A program made the position numbers and the translations under genes. A stretch of DNA of 64,000 nt from Myxococcota bacterium (GTDB lineage: Bacteria > Myxococcota > Myxococcia > Myxococcales > Myxococcaceae): the NCBI GenBank assembly GCA_049322255.1, contig JBMORE010000133.1, positions 1 to 64,000 on the forward strand. The letters are read 5' to 3'. Positions 39,761-49,531 of the stretch are shown piece by piece. Every line of letters begins with the position of its first letter. Positions within the stretch are counted from its first letter, which is position 1. The notes beneath the pieces are model-generated. The model searched no databases, was not told the DNA's origin, and saw only the letters and a list, made by a program, of their open reading frames with translations.

Positions 39761-40795
39761 CTACTGCTGGGTGTACCGCTTGGCCAGCCGAACCAAATCG
39801 GGCATCGGCACCGGCTTGGTGAGGTAGTCGGTCGCGCCGGAGTGGTCGGCCATCTGGTGAAGCTTTTCGTCTTGGACCGCCGAGAGCAGGACGATGGGCA
39901 GGGCGATGGTGGCCGCGTCGCTGCGCAAGCGGGAGCAGACCTCCAGCCCGTCCAACCCCGGCAGTAAGACATCGATGAACGCCACGTCGGGGCGCAGCCG
40001 AAGCACGAGCTCGAGCGCCTCGTCGCCTCGGGAGGCCTGCTGCACCTCGAAGCCGTGCTTCTGCAGCTCTCCCGACACCGCGAGGAGCAGGCTGGGGTCG
40101 GCGGCGGCCACCACCGCTCGAATGCGGCGAGAAGGGGCTTGATTGCGACGGCGCAGCTCCTCCTCCTCGGCCCGACGCAACCCTTCGATGCAGTCGGCGA
40201 GCCTTTCTGCGGTCTCTTCGCGAAGCTCGACGAACTGGAGGGCGGCCATGGCGAGCTCGTTGCGGGCGCGCAGCACCTCGGCCACCAAAGGGAGCTGCTC
40301 CCCGCTGGGGAGCATGAGCTCCAGCTCGAGCCGCTGTCCCACTTTCAGCTGCGCCGGGCAGGTCAAGAGCATGCCCGAGATCGACAGGTTCTTCGTCACG
40401 CACCGAGCAGCGAGAAAGTCGTGGAGGCGGACCGGGAGCGCGCAGTCGATGCGAAGGTGGCGTCGGGCGGCACGCTCCTGGGCGTCTTTGGCGTGGGCCA
40501 GCCCGATGAGCGCGCGGCACCGTTCGAGCTCTCCTTTGGCGAAAGAGACGAAGACTCCCGCCGCGAAGCGGTCGCTCTTTTCCCGCCGGCCCAACACCTC
40601 GGCGCGCAGCTGAATCTGCACCGCCACGTCCGGGGAGGTCACCTCGATCTCCACCTGTGACCCAAGGTCGAGCTGCGCGTCGCTGGGAATGAAGAAGCGC
40701 TCTCCTCCCGTTCGCACCAAGTTTGCCCAGAGCTGAAATTTGTCAGTGAAATCCAGTCTTAACGTCTTTCTCATGCTCGCCCTTTGGAGCTTCAT
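39761..40795 (-). CDS. PilZ-like / PilZ / REC signalling protein
   Basis: RRHLR (RxxxR) and NLSISG PilZ motifs. C-terminal REC (FIDVLLPGLDG, YLTKP). The start is 40795 or 40774. Confidence 0.85.
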   Translation of the reverse strand: MKLQRASMRKTLRLDFTDKFQLWANLVRTGGERFFIPSDAQLDLGSQVEIEVTSPDVAVQIQLRAEVLGRREKSDRFAAGVFVSFAKGELERCRALIGLAHAKDAQERAARRHLRIDCALPVRLHDFLAARCVTKNLSISGMLLTCPAQLKVGQRLELELMLPSGEQLPLVAEVLRARNELAMAALQFVELREETAERLADCIEGLRRAEEEELRRRNQAPSRRIRAVVAAADPSLLLAVSGELQKHGFEVQQASRGDEALELVLRLRPDVAFIDVLLPGLDGLEVCSRLRSDAATIALPIVLLSAVQDEKLHQMADHSGATDYLTKPVPMPDLVRLAKRYTQQ

Positions 40796-40886
40796 TTTAC
40801 CACGGCCCGCTGGAGGGTCTGTTCGGCCTCCCGCTCGCCACACGGGCAGGCTGGTTTCATCGCACTGCCATTCCTAGCTTTGGTTG

Positions 40887-41750
40887 ATGAAAGAGCGGCG
40901 TCACCCCAACTATCCGGGCACGCTGTCCACCAGCCCTTCCGTCGTGGAAGCGGCGCGGCCCAGCGGAGAAATCAACGCGCGCGCGCGGGCGCTCGAGGTG
41001 TTGCTGGAGGCGGGGGTGCCCTTCGTGGTGGGTGGGGCGTATGCGTTCTGCCAGTACACCGGCATCTTTCGCGACACCAAGGATCTCGATCTCTTCCCCC
41101 GCCGCGGCGACGCCTTGCGAGCCCTCGAGGTGCTCGCCCACGACGGCTGGGTCACTGAACGCACCGACGAGGTGTGGCTGTACAAGGCCTTCAAGGGAGA
41201 ATGGTTCGTCGACCTCATCTTCTCCTCGGGCAATGGCGTCGCCGACGTCGACGACGAATGGTTTCTCCACGCCCGGCGCAGGAAGGTGATGGGCCAGCGG
41301 GTGCTCATCGCCCCCCCCGAAGAGCTCATCTGGTCCAAGGCCTTCGTGCTGGAGCGCGAACGCTACGACGGCGCCGACGTGATTCACCTCATCAAGTCCG
41401 CCGGGCGCGCCTTCGACTGGCCGCGCCTGTTGCGCCGCTTCGAGCGGCACTGGGAGGTGCTCTTGTCGCATCTGCTCTTGTTCCGCTTCTCCTTTCCCAG
41501 CGAGCGAACCGTCGTTCCCCAGTGGGTGATGGAGGAGCTCCTCGAGCGCACCCGGGGCACGGTGCGTGAGGGCAACTGGGAGCGACGCGTGTGCCGGGGG
41601 AGCCTGATCTCCAAGGTCAACTTCAGCCTGGACATCGGGGAGTGGGGTTACGAGGACGGGCGGCGCTGGGAAGAGGAAGAGCGCTCCCGCGAGGCGCAAC
41701 GACATGGATCGACAACCGGGATCGAAGCTGCGAATAGCGGCGGCCGGTGA
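40887..41750 (+). CDS. Nucleotidyltransferase-fold protein
   Basis: VVGGAYA..RDTKDLDLF (G-G/DxD), a third acidic residue in VDLIF, and PEELIWSK. Confidence 0.82.
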   Translation: MKERRHPNYPGTLSTSPSVVEAARPSGEINARARALEVLLEAGVPFVVGGAYAFCQYTGIFRDTKDLDLFPRRGDALRALEVLAHDGWVTERTDEVWLYKAFKGEWFVDLIFSSGNGVADVDDEWFLHARRRKVMGQRVLIAPPEELIWSKAFVLERERYDGADVIHLIKSAGRAFDWPRLLRRFERHWEVLLSHLLLFRFSFPSERTVVPQWVMEELLERTRGTVREGNWERRVCRGSLISKVNFSLDIGEWGYEDGRRWEEEERSREAQRHGSTTGIEAANSGGR

Positions 41751-42438
41751 CCTGCATTGCCGAGACGATCAGCAGGGCCGCTTCCGCCACTTCGTCCGTT
41801 TGGTGAACGCCAACGCCGACGTGCTCCTCTTGTGCGGCGACCTCACCGACCGGGGAATGCTCGACGAGGCGAAGGTGCTGGCCGGAGAGCTGGCCGAGCT
41901 GCGCATTCCCTGCGCGGCGGTGCTGGGCAACCACGACTACGAGCAGGGGCTGGTGCGGGAGATTCGCGCCGAGCTGGGCAAGGCCGGAGTGCGCGTGCTC
42001 GACGGCGACTATTACGTGTTCGAGAAGACGCTGGGGGTGGCCGGGGTGAAGGGTTTCGGAGGAGGGTACGGCAACGCCACGTTACAGGCCTTCGGCGAGC
42101 CGCAGACCAAGAGCTTCGTGCAAGAGCTGGTCTCCGAGTCGCTCAAGCTCGAGGCTGCGCTCGGCCAGCTGGACACGCCCAAGCGGGTGGTGCTCTTGCA
42201 CTACTCGCCCATCCCCGGCACCACCGAGGGGGAGAACCCGGAGATCCGCCCCTTCTTGGGCTCCAGCCGCCTGATGGGGCCGATCGATCGCTACGGTGCC
42301 GACGCGGTGTTCCACGGCCACTGTCATCACGGCGCACTGCGCGGGAAGACCGACAAGGGAGTGCCCGTATACAACGTCGCCATGCACGCGCTGCGCCGGC
42401 ACGACCCCGAGCAACGTTTCCTGGTCGTCGAGCTGTGA
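41704..42438 (+). CDS. Calcineurin-like metallophosphoesterase
   Basis: Motifs GDLH, GDLT, GNHD, LLHY and HGHCH. Confidence 0.92.
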   Translation: MDRQPGSKLRIAAAGDLHCRDDQQGRFRHFVRLVNANADVLLLCGDLTDRGMLDEAKVLAGELAELRIPCAAVLGNHDYEQGLVREIRAELGKAGVRVLDGDYYVFEKTLGVAGVKGFGGGYGNATLQAFGEPQTKSFVQELVSESLKLEAALGQLDTPKRVVLLHYSPIPGTTEGENPEIRPFLGSSRLMGPIDRYGADAVFHGHCHHGALRGKTDKGVPVYNVAMHALRRHDPEQRFLVVEL

Positions 42439-42493
42439 GGGGAAAACCAGGTCGATGTGTTACCGTCGATCTCAGCTGCACTTGGGGTTGTTG

Positions 42494-44671
42494 ATGAGAG
42501 AACAGATTCGCCGCCTTGCGAAGTTCGCCGTTCTGGCCGTGGCTTTCGCCTCGGCCGCCGCGCTCGGTTCGAAGCTGGACGGAGCGACGGGATATGGCGT
42601 GGCGCTTTGGCTGGCGGTCGGCCTGACGCTCGCTGTGCTCGTGTGGTGGGGCTACCGCTCCCTCAAGGCCTCGAACGCGACCCTTCAGCGGCGAGAAAGC
42701 CAGCTTGCCGAGGCGCAGGCCCTGACCCACGTGGGCAGCTTCGAGTGGGAAGTGGCGACCAACGTCGTCACCTGGACCGACGAGCTCTACCGAATCTACG
42801 GGCTGACCCCCGAGTCGTTCCGTGCCAGCTACGAAGGTTTCTTGGAGCGGATTCACCCCGACGATCGAGCCTCCGTTTCCGCAAAGCTTCAGGAGGCGTT
42901 CCAAAGCCCCAAGCCCATCTCCTTCGAGGAGCGCATCATTCGACCCGACGGCGAGATTCGCAGGCTCTACAGCAGGGCGCAGGTGCTCTTCGATAAGCAC
43001 GGCAAGCCTGTGCTTCTCCGTGGCTCCTGCCAAGACGTGACCGAGCAAAAGAAAGCCCAGGAGGCACTGGAAAAAGCCTACGAAGAGCTGGAAGGGCGCA
43101 TTCAGGAACGCACCGCCCAACTGGTGCAGGCGAACGAAAAGCTGCGCATGAGCCAGGCGCGCCTTTCGGGGATTCTCCACACCGCTCCCGACTGCATCAT
43201 CTCCATGGACCACGAGGGCAAGCTGGTCGACATCAACCCAGCAGGGGAGAAGACCTTTGGCGTTCGGCGCGACGAGGTCGTGGGCAAGGTGCTGTCCGCG
43301 CTGTTCATTCCCCCGCAGCTGCGTGAGGCCCATCGAAAAGGGCTCGAACGCTTCCTGGCCACCAAAGAAAGCTCGATCATCGGCAAACGGGTCGAATTCC
43401 CCGCGCTGCGAGCCGATGGCTCCGAGTTTCCGGCGGAGATCGTGGTCACCTGTGTGTCCGACTCCCAGCCGCCCTTGTTCACCGCTCACCTTCGCGACAT
43501 TTCCGAGCGTCGCCGGATCGACGAGGAACGATCGCGCCTGATCAAGCAGTGGGAAGAGGCGGCGCACGCGCGCGATGCGTTCATCTCCATCGCCGCCCAT
43601 GAGTTGAGAACGCCTCTTTCGGCCCTTCAGCTGCAGGTCGACCTCATGAAGCGGAGCTCGACCCCGATTCTGGAGTCGGCAGGCTTGACCCCCAAGCTGG
43701 ACACCATCGGCCGCCAGGTCGAACGTTTGAGCAAGCTGGTCGACAACCTGCTCGACGTCTCGCGGGTCGCCGCCGGCCGCTTGCAGCTCGAGATGGAGGA
43801 GCTCGATCTCGCGTCGGTCGTGCGGGAAGTGCTGGAGAGGTTCGCCACCCAAGCCCATCAGGTGCAGAGCAGACTGAACGTCGAGGTCCCCGAATCGCTA
43901 CGCGGTTTTTGGGATCGCCTTCGGCTCGAACAGGTGGTGACCAATCTATTGGGTAACGCCCTCAAGTACGGCGCGGGAAGACCCGTCGACGTCGTCCTCG
44001 AGAGCTCGGACGGTATGGCTTGCCTGTCCGTTCGCGATCAGGGCATCGGCATCTCGCCTGAAGATCAGCTGCGAATCTTCGAACGTTTCGAGCGGGTCGT
44101 CTCCTCCAGGCACTACGGCGGGCTGGGGTTGGGGCTGTGGATCACCCGCCAGATCGTCGAAGCGATGGGAGGAACCATTCGGGTCACCAGCGCGCCGGGA
44201 GCCGGCTCGACCTTCCGGGTGGAGCTGCCGAAACGGCCGGCTGCCTTGACGCTCGCCCCAAGGAGCGTGCTGGTCGTCGAAGACGACTCCGACGTCCTGG
44301 AGTCGATTTGTGAGACCTTGCGCCTGGCGGGCTTTTCGGTGGTCGCCGCGATCAACGGGCAGGAGGCCCTCACCAACCTTCGCCGCCACGCGGAGCAAAC
44401 GAGCATCGTCCTTCTCGATTTGATGATGCCGGTGATGAACGGCTGGCAATTTCTCGAGGAGAAGAAGCGAGACCCTCGGCTGGCCTCCATTCCGGTGGTG
44501 GTCTTGTCCGCCGACGCAAGCTTGGCTCATTCGTCGTACGAGCTGGGCCCGGTCGAGTACCTTCGAAAGCCGGTGGACGTGGAGACGTTGGTCTCGGTCG
44601 TCGAGCGTCACCGCGAAGCGTCGGCCGCCGGGACGTCGAGCACGTCGGCGAGGCCGGCAGGCAGGTCTTGA
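42494..44671 (+). CDS. Hybrid sensor histidine kinase (TM-PAS-PAS-HisKA-HATPase-REC)
   Basis: Two PAS domains, H-box AHELRTPL, NLLGNALKY, DQGIGI, GLGLGL and a C-terminal REC. The start is inferred. Confidence 0.93.
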   Translation: MREQIRRLAKFAVLAVAFASAAALGSKLDGATGYGVALWLAVGLTLAVLVWWGYRSLKASNATLQRRESQLAEAQALTHVGSFEWEVATNVVTWTDELYRIYGLTPESFRASYEGFLERIHPDDRASVSAKLQEAFQSPKPISFEERIIRPDGEIRRLYSRAQVLFDKHGKPVLLRGSCQDVTEQKKAQEALEKAYEELEGRIQERTAQLVQANEKLRMSQARLSGILHTAPDCIISMDHEGKLVDINPAGEKTFGVRRDEVVGKVLSALFIPPQLREAHRKGLERFLATKESSIIGKRVEFPALRADGSEFPAEIVVTCVSDSQPPLFTAHLRDISERRRIDEERSRLIKQWEEAAHARDAFISIAAHELRTPLSALQLQVDLMKRSSTPILESAGLTPKLDTIGRQVERLSKLVDNLLDVSRVAAGRLQLEMEELDLASVVREVLERFATQAHQVQSRLNVEVPESLRGFWDRLRLEQVVTNLLGNALKYGAGRPVDVVLESSDGMACLSVRDQGIGISPEDQLRIFERFERVVSSRHYGGLGLGLWITRQIVEAMGGTIRVTSAPGAGSTFRVELPKRPAALTLAPRSVLVVEDDSDVLESICETLRLAGFSVVAAINGQEALTNLRRHAEQTSIVLLDLMMPVMNGWQFLEEKKRDPRLASIPVVVLSADASLAHSSYELGPVEYLRKPVDVETLVSVVERHREASAAGTSSTSARPAGRS

Positions 44672-46068
44672 ATCCGGCTGGCGTCGGTCTCCAGCACCAC
44701 CTCGCGCGAGCCGCGCACGTAGACCGTCTCAGAGGTGGCAGACGCCTTGTCGCCGATGGTCAGGGTGGCGAGCTCCTTGCCCGCGCGGTCGAAGAGCGCG
44801 ACGGAGCGCGACTTGGGGCCGATGCCGTACTTGGCCCAGGACTTGGGGTGCTCTTCGACTACCCGCGCGGCCTTGAGCGCTCCTAGGTTCCACAGCACGG
44901 AAGAAAGCTTGAAGGTCTTGGCTTTTCCTTGCGTGGGAGCGACCACCCGCCAGGTTTCGGAGCTGCCGCCGTCGGTCAGCTCCTTTTCGACGGTGAGCTC
45001 GCCGCCGTCGGAGAGCGCAAAGCGCATCTTCACCACGGCGTCTTTGGAGAACTTCAAGACCGAGCGGTCGCGCAGCTCGAGCGGGTCTTTCTCCAGAATC
45101 GCCGTCGCCGGGCCGCTCACCTCGGCGAGCGTCGTGCCTTGGCTGTCTTTGCGAAGCACGTAGGCTTTGCCTGGCCCGTCGGTGGTCTCCAACGCCAGCC
45201 GCAGGCGCACCGTTTCACCGGAGTCGAGGGTGACGGTGGCGTCCACCGCTGGCTTGTCGAGGATGGCGGGCGGGGTGGATGGAAATGCCAGCGCGCGCTC
45301 GGAGCGCAGCTGCGCGAGCATGCCGGAAACGGTGGAAGCGTCGGCCTCCATCGCCTGCGGCTGGGTGAGCTTCCAGGTCTTTTCGTCGACGCGCTCGAGG
45401 ACGTAGGCGCTGCGTTGGGCCTGCACCTCGATCGTTTTCACCTTCGCCTCGTCGACGGCGAGCACTTCCTTGTCCCGCAGCTCGTAGGAGGACTTCTCCA
45501 GCGCCCAGCGCACGCCTCCTTCGGCTGAATAGATCGCCGGGTCGCCTTCCTTACGTAGGTAGATGGAGCCGTCGAAGGTGTTCTCGATGCCTCCGTGGAG
45601 CGTCACTTCGCGCCGCTCGTTCGTTCCCGGGACGGTGGCTGCCGCGGTGACCGAGAAACGGGGGGAGTCGAGCCCGTACTTCTTCAGCGCCGACGCGTCG
45701 GCCGTGGTCTCGATCGTGTGCTTGAGCTTGGCGGTCTGCAGCTGGCTCACCAGTTGATCGACGGTGAGCTTGTCGACCTTTCCCTTCACCGGAGCGACGA
45801 GGCGCCACTCGCCGCCGTCTTCTCGCTCGAGCACGCTGGTCTCGCCCTTCGCCGTCACCTTCACGTGAACGAATTCCGGCTGGAGCGCGCCTGCGTCGAC
45901 GGTGCGCTCGTCCACCTTCTCGACGGCGAAGAGCTTTTCTTCGACGGCCTTCTTTTTCTCCGCGCGCTCGTCACCTTGGAGAACGCCGAAGTACGCGTAG
46001 AGCCCCAGGCCGCCGGCGATGGCGAAGAGGGCGAGGAGAGAGAGGAGAGTTTTCGTTGTTTGTTTCAA
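44608..46068 (-). CDS. DUF4340 domain protein
   Basis: N-terminal TM anchor and repeated W-x-L-x-x-P...KYGL/KYGI...LRD modules. The start is uncertain. Confidence 0.82.
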   Translation of the reverse strand: MKQTTKTLLSLLALFAIAGGLGLYAYFGVLQGDERAEKKKAVEEKLFAVEKVDERTVDAGALQPEFVHVKVTAKGETSVLEREDGGEWRLVAPVKGKVDKLTVDQLVSQLQTAKLKHTIETTADASALKKYGLDSPRFSVTAAATVPGTNERREVTLHGGIENTFDGSIYLRKEGDPAIYSAEGGVRWALEKSSYELRDKEVLAVDEAKVKTIEVQAQRSAYVLERVDEKTWKLTQPQAMEADASTVSGMLAQLRSERALAFPSTPPAILDKPAVDATVTLDSGETVRLRLALETTDGPGKAYVLRKDSQGTTLAEVSGPATAILEKDPLELRDRSVLKFSKDAVVKMRFALSDGGELTVEKELTDGGSSETWRVVAPTQGKAKTFKLSSVLWNLGALKAARVVEEHPKSWAKYGIGPKSRSVALFDRAGKELATLTIGDKASATSETVYVRGSREVVLETDASRIQDLPAGLADVLDVPAADASR

Positions 46069-46073
46069 GGGAT

Positions 46074-47696
46074 TTACTTGCTGCGCCTCGCCAGCCAAAT
46101 CGCCAGCCCGAAGCCGACGAGCGAGATGGGCAACAGGTCCATGGAGATGAAGCGAATGCGAGAGAGCATCGCGTCATCCACGTCGAGGGTGGAGATGTCT
46201 CTGTCCGGTGGGCGGATGGTGATTTTCTGCACCTGCGAGCTCGCCCAGGCGAGCGAGTTCAAGACCAGGTTGCGGTCGGCTTCGTGGCCCCACATCGCGT
46301 CGACCAGCACCTCGGAGTCGCCGAACACCAACACCCGCGCCTCGTCGAAGCGCTTGTCTTTCGCGCTCGCGGTGGGCCGGGTGCTGGCGAGCACCAGCGG
46401 AATCGCTCCGGCCTTCTCGCCGGGCGACAGCCGCGGCTGGTCGTCGAGCGTCGTCTCCACCCAAGCGAAAGGAGAGCTGACCACCACCGGCGTCACCACC
46501 ACGCCGTCGGCGAGGCCCTCGTGCAGCACCGAGAGCCCGCGCACCGTGGGCAGCTCGACGTTCGCCTTCACCTGCTTGAGGATGCGGGTGATGTCGTGGT
46601 CGCCCATGGCGGCGGTGACCACCACGTAGGGGTTCGTCGGGTTGACGCGGTCGTCGGCGACCAACCCCTCGTCGACCTGCACTCCATACTTCGCGAGCAG
46701 CGCATCCAGCCCGGGGTCGGCTTTGGCCTCGGCGAAGTACACCAGCCGGCCACCTTCCTCGAGATACTTTTCCAAGAGCGCCTTTTCGCCGTCGGAAAAA
46801 CGCGAGCGCGCCCCGGCGATCACCAAGAGGGCGGCGTCGCGGGGGATTTCGTTCTTCTCCACCAGGTTCAAAGTCTGTGGGGAGTAACCTTCCTGCAGAA
46901 GGCTCTTCGCGAGCTCCCCGGCGCTGGTGACGCTGGGGCCTTCTGCCGTGGGCTCCACCTCCTCGAGCGGCCACTCGCCGTGTCCCACCAGGTAGTAGAC
47001 CTTCTGCTCGCCGACCTTCTCCAGCTTGATGAGCGCGTTGGTGAGCTCCTGCTCGGAGAGGACGTTGATCGCGGTGTGCGCGGCTTGGGTTCCTTCCCCC
47101 TTGGTCAGCACCACCGTGGTCTGCCCCTCCCGCAGCTGGTACTTCGCCGCGAGGTCGGGGTTTTTCAGCGGGTCTTTGAGGGCGTAGACGAAGCGCTCCG
47201 ACTCGGCAGCGTAGCGGCGGAAGAGCTCGTCGAGCGTGTCGTAGGCGGGGTGGTCGGCAGGCAGAAAGCCGATCGCCTTCACTGGATCTTTTAGCGCCCG
47301 CAAGGTCGAGGTGGTCTGTGGCGCCAGGGAGTAGATTTTCTTGCTGGTGAGATCCCAGGTCTTGTTTCGCCGGGCGACGATGAAGTTCGCCGCCGCCAGA
47401 GCGCCCACTGTCACCAGTGCGAGAAGCCCAGTGGAGACCCAGAAAAAGCCCGCCCGCGTTCCGGCGCCCATCGGCCGCTCGCCCTCGGTGGCGCTCCCCG
47501 GTTTCGGAGCGGGTGCGTCGGCACCAAAGAGCTGCTTGGAGTGGGTGGCAAACCATGCGCCAATGAGCACCACTCCGATGGTGGCCTTGACGATGGTGAC
47601 GGTGGTCGACCCGGAGGTGAACACCAAGGTGATGGGGCTGGAGAGCACCAGCACCAGCCCGAGCCCGCCAAAGATTTTTCCGAGCGTCTTCATCAC
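46074..47696 (-). CDS. GldG-family ABC transporter auxiliary protein
   Basis: WDLTSKKIYSLAPQT, EQELTNAL, YYLVGHGE, YLEEGGR and FGDSE, with TM helices at both ends. Confidence 0.88.
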   Translation of the reverse strand: MMKTLGKIFGGLGLVLVLSSPITLVFTSGSTTVTIVKATIGVVLIGAWFATHSKQLFGADAPAPKPGSATEGERPMGAGTRAGFFWVSTGLLALVTVGALAAANFIVARRNKTWDLTSKKIYSLAPQTTSTLRALKDPVKAIGFLPADHPAYDTLDELFRRYAAESERFVYALKDPLKNPDLAAKYQLREGQTTVVLTKGEGTQAAHTAINVLSEQELTNALIKLEKVGEQKVYYLVGHGEWPLEEVEPTAEGPSVTSAGELAKSLLQEGYSPQTLNLVEKNEIPRDAALLVIAGARSRFSDGEKALLEKYLEEGGRLVYFAEAKADPGLDALLAKYGVQVDEGLVADDRVNPTNPYVVVTAAMGDHDITRILKQVKANVELPTVRGLSVLHEGLADGVVVTPVVVSSPFAWVETTLDDQPRLSPGEKAGAIPLVLASTRPTASAKDKRFDEARVLVFGDSEVLVDAMWGHEADRNLVLNSLAWASSQVQKITIRPPDRDISTLDVDDAMLSRIRFISMDLLPISLVGFGLAIWLARRSK

Positions 47697-47706
47697 GTTC
47701 GCTCCT

Positions 47707-48510
47707 TTACGTCCAGCGGCGCGCTTCCACCGAGCGATGGGTGAGAAAGAGCGCGAGAAGGATGATGGAGAGGAAGAAGACGATCGCCTTCAAGTCGAGC
47801 ACGCCTTTCATCAGGTTGTGCAGCTGCTCATCGAAGGAGAGGTGCTTGGCGATCGAGCGCCACGGTTCCCCGGCGGTCTGCGCGAGCCCCTTCACCAGCA
47901 TCCACGGCAGCAGCACCGAGAAGGTGAGGAAGGCAGCCAGCATCTGCGACTCGGTGAGCGAGGAGATGAACATCCCGATCGCCATGCACGCTGCGCCCCA
48001 CAAAAGAAGCCCGCCGTAGCCCAAGCCCACCGTCGACCACTCCAGGGCGGTGCCCGACTCGGAGGCGCCGAAGGCGGAGAGGATGAGCGGGTAGACGATG
48101 TTCAGTCCCAGGGTGGCGCCGATGACGCCCAGCCCTCCCAGGTACTTTCCCACGACGATCTCCAGCGGCCGCACCGGCGCGGTCATGAGCAGCTCGAAGG
48201 TCTTTTGCCGCTTCTCTTCCGCGAACAGGCGCATGGAAAGGAACGGCGCGACGAAGAGGGTGATGATCATCACCACGCCCCACAGCTGCACCACCACCCC
48301 GTCGGTGAGGTTCTTGTAGAGCGCGTAGTCCCCCGGCAGCTGCGCCCAGGTATAGGCGCGCGCCATCTCCTGCACCTGCCGGAAGGTGGTCAGCATGGCG
48401 ATGAAGAAGAACGAGGAGATGAACGCCATCGCGGTGAAGACGAGGTAGGCCCACGGGGTGGTGAAGTAGACCGTCAGCTCCCGGCGGGCGATGGTGATCG
48501 CGTTGCGCAT
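47707..48510 (-). CDS. GldF-like ABC-2 permease
   Basis: IARRELTVYF, MRLFAEEKRQKTFELLMTAP..IVVGKY and SSLTESQ. Confidence 0.92.
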   Translation of the reverse strand: MRNAITIARRELTVYFTTPWAYLVFTAMAFISSFFFIAMLTTFRQVQEMARAYTWAQLPGDYALYKNLTDGVVVQLWGVVMIITLFVAPFLSMRLFAEEKRQKTFELLMTAPVRPLEIVVGKYLGGLGVIGATLGLNIVYPLILSAFGASESGTALEWSTVGLGYGGLLLWGAACMAIGMFISSLTESQMLAAFLTFSVLLPWMLVKGLAQTAGEPWRSIAKHLSFDEQLHNLMKGVLDLKAIVFFLSIILLALFLTHRSVEARRWT

Positions 48511-48519
48511 GGTGCTCCC

Positions 48520-49233
48520 TTAGGCGGCGGTGAGCTTGATGAAGACGTCCTCGAGGCCGGCTTCGGCGCCGGCGACTTTCTCGATCGCGTCGTGGGCGAC
48601 CCTCTTCCCCCGGTGAATGATGAGCACCTTCTGACAGGTGGCCTTCACCTCGGGGAGGATGTGGGTGGAGAGGATGACCGTGTGCTTGCCGGCCAGGCTT
48701 TTGATGAGCCCCAAAACCTCGGCGCGCTGGCGCGGGTCGAGCCCTTCGGTCGGTTCGTCCAAGATGAGCAACGGCGGCGAAGCCAAAAGCGCCTGCGCCA
48801 GCCCCACCCGCTGACGAAAGCCCTTGGAGAGATTCAAGATGAGCCGGTCGATCACCTCGGTGATGCCGGTTTGGCCGCACACCCGCTCGATGTCCTCCTT
48901 GAGCGCCTTGCCTTTGAGCCCTTTGAGCCGTCCGACGAATTTCAGGTACCCGCGTACCGACATCTCCGGGTAGAGCGGCGGGTGCTCCGGCAGGTAGCCG
49001 ATGCGCCGCTTCACCTCCAGCGGCTCTTCGAAGACGTCGAAGCCGGCGACCTTGGCGGTCCCTTGCGACGGCGGGAGAAAGCCGGTGAGGATTTTCATCG
49101 TCGTCGACTTGCCGGCGCCGTTGGGGCCGAGGAAGCCGAGAATTTCCCCTTCCTCCACGGTGAACTCGAGCGCGTCGATCGCCACCCGGTCGCGGTAACG
49201 CTTGGTAAGGCCCTTGACCTCGATCATTGCCAT
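48520..49233 (-). CDS. GldA-like ABC transporter ATP-binding protein
   Basis: Motifs [23 protein letters not shown] and STH. Confidence 0.95.
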   Translation of the reverse strand: MAMIEVKGLTKRYRDRVAIDALEFTVEEGEILGFLGPNGAGKSTTMKILTGFLPPSQGTAKVAGFDVFEEPLEVKRRIGYLPEHPPLYPEMSVRGYLKFVGRLKGLKGKALKEDIERVCGQTGITEVIDRLILNLSKGFRQRVGLAQALLASPPLLILDEPTEGLDPRQRAEVLGLIKSLAGKHTVILSTHILPEVKATCQKVLIIHRGKRVAHDAIEKVAGAEAGLEDVFIKLTAA

Positions 49234-49344
49234 CGTGGGGTCCTCCAAACTCAGCGGGGCGCGGTTGTACACCCACAGGCGGTCAAGGCAAGCGCGGGGA
49301 AAGGCACCCACCCCTTGGGTGTCTCGTTGCGGGGCCCGCCTAAT

Positions 49345-49432
49345 CGTCAACCCCACCGTCAACCGAATCGTCAACTGGCTCAGAGGAGAAATTCAAAACG
49401 TCAACCTATTCGTCAACCTTTCGCGGTTGACG
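49345..49432. repeat. Array of CGTCAAC heptamers (five direct, one inverted)
   Basis: Copies at 49345, 49357, 49369, 49399 and 49411, plus GTTGACG at 49426. Confidence 0.85.
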
Positions 49433-49531
49433 TTTACGGGGTGGCCGCGAGAGGAGGGGCCCGGGGTGGCGCTGGCGGAGTCCCTGCAAGACGAGTATGG
49501 CTCGAGGCCCAAAAGCCACAGGAGCGCATCG

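Noticed and set aside
44608..44671. 64-nt convergent overlap of the kinase and DUF4340 genes as antisense regulation
   Set aside because: Short tail-to-tail overlaps of low-complexity termini are common in GC-rich genomes.
49345..49432. Possible mini-CRISPR array
   Set aside because: The repeats are 7 bp with 5-nt spacers, far too short, and no cas genes are present.
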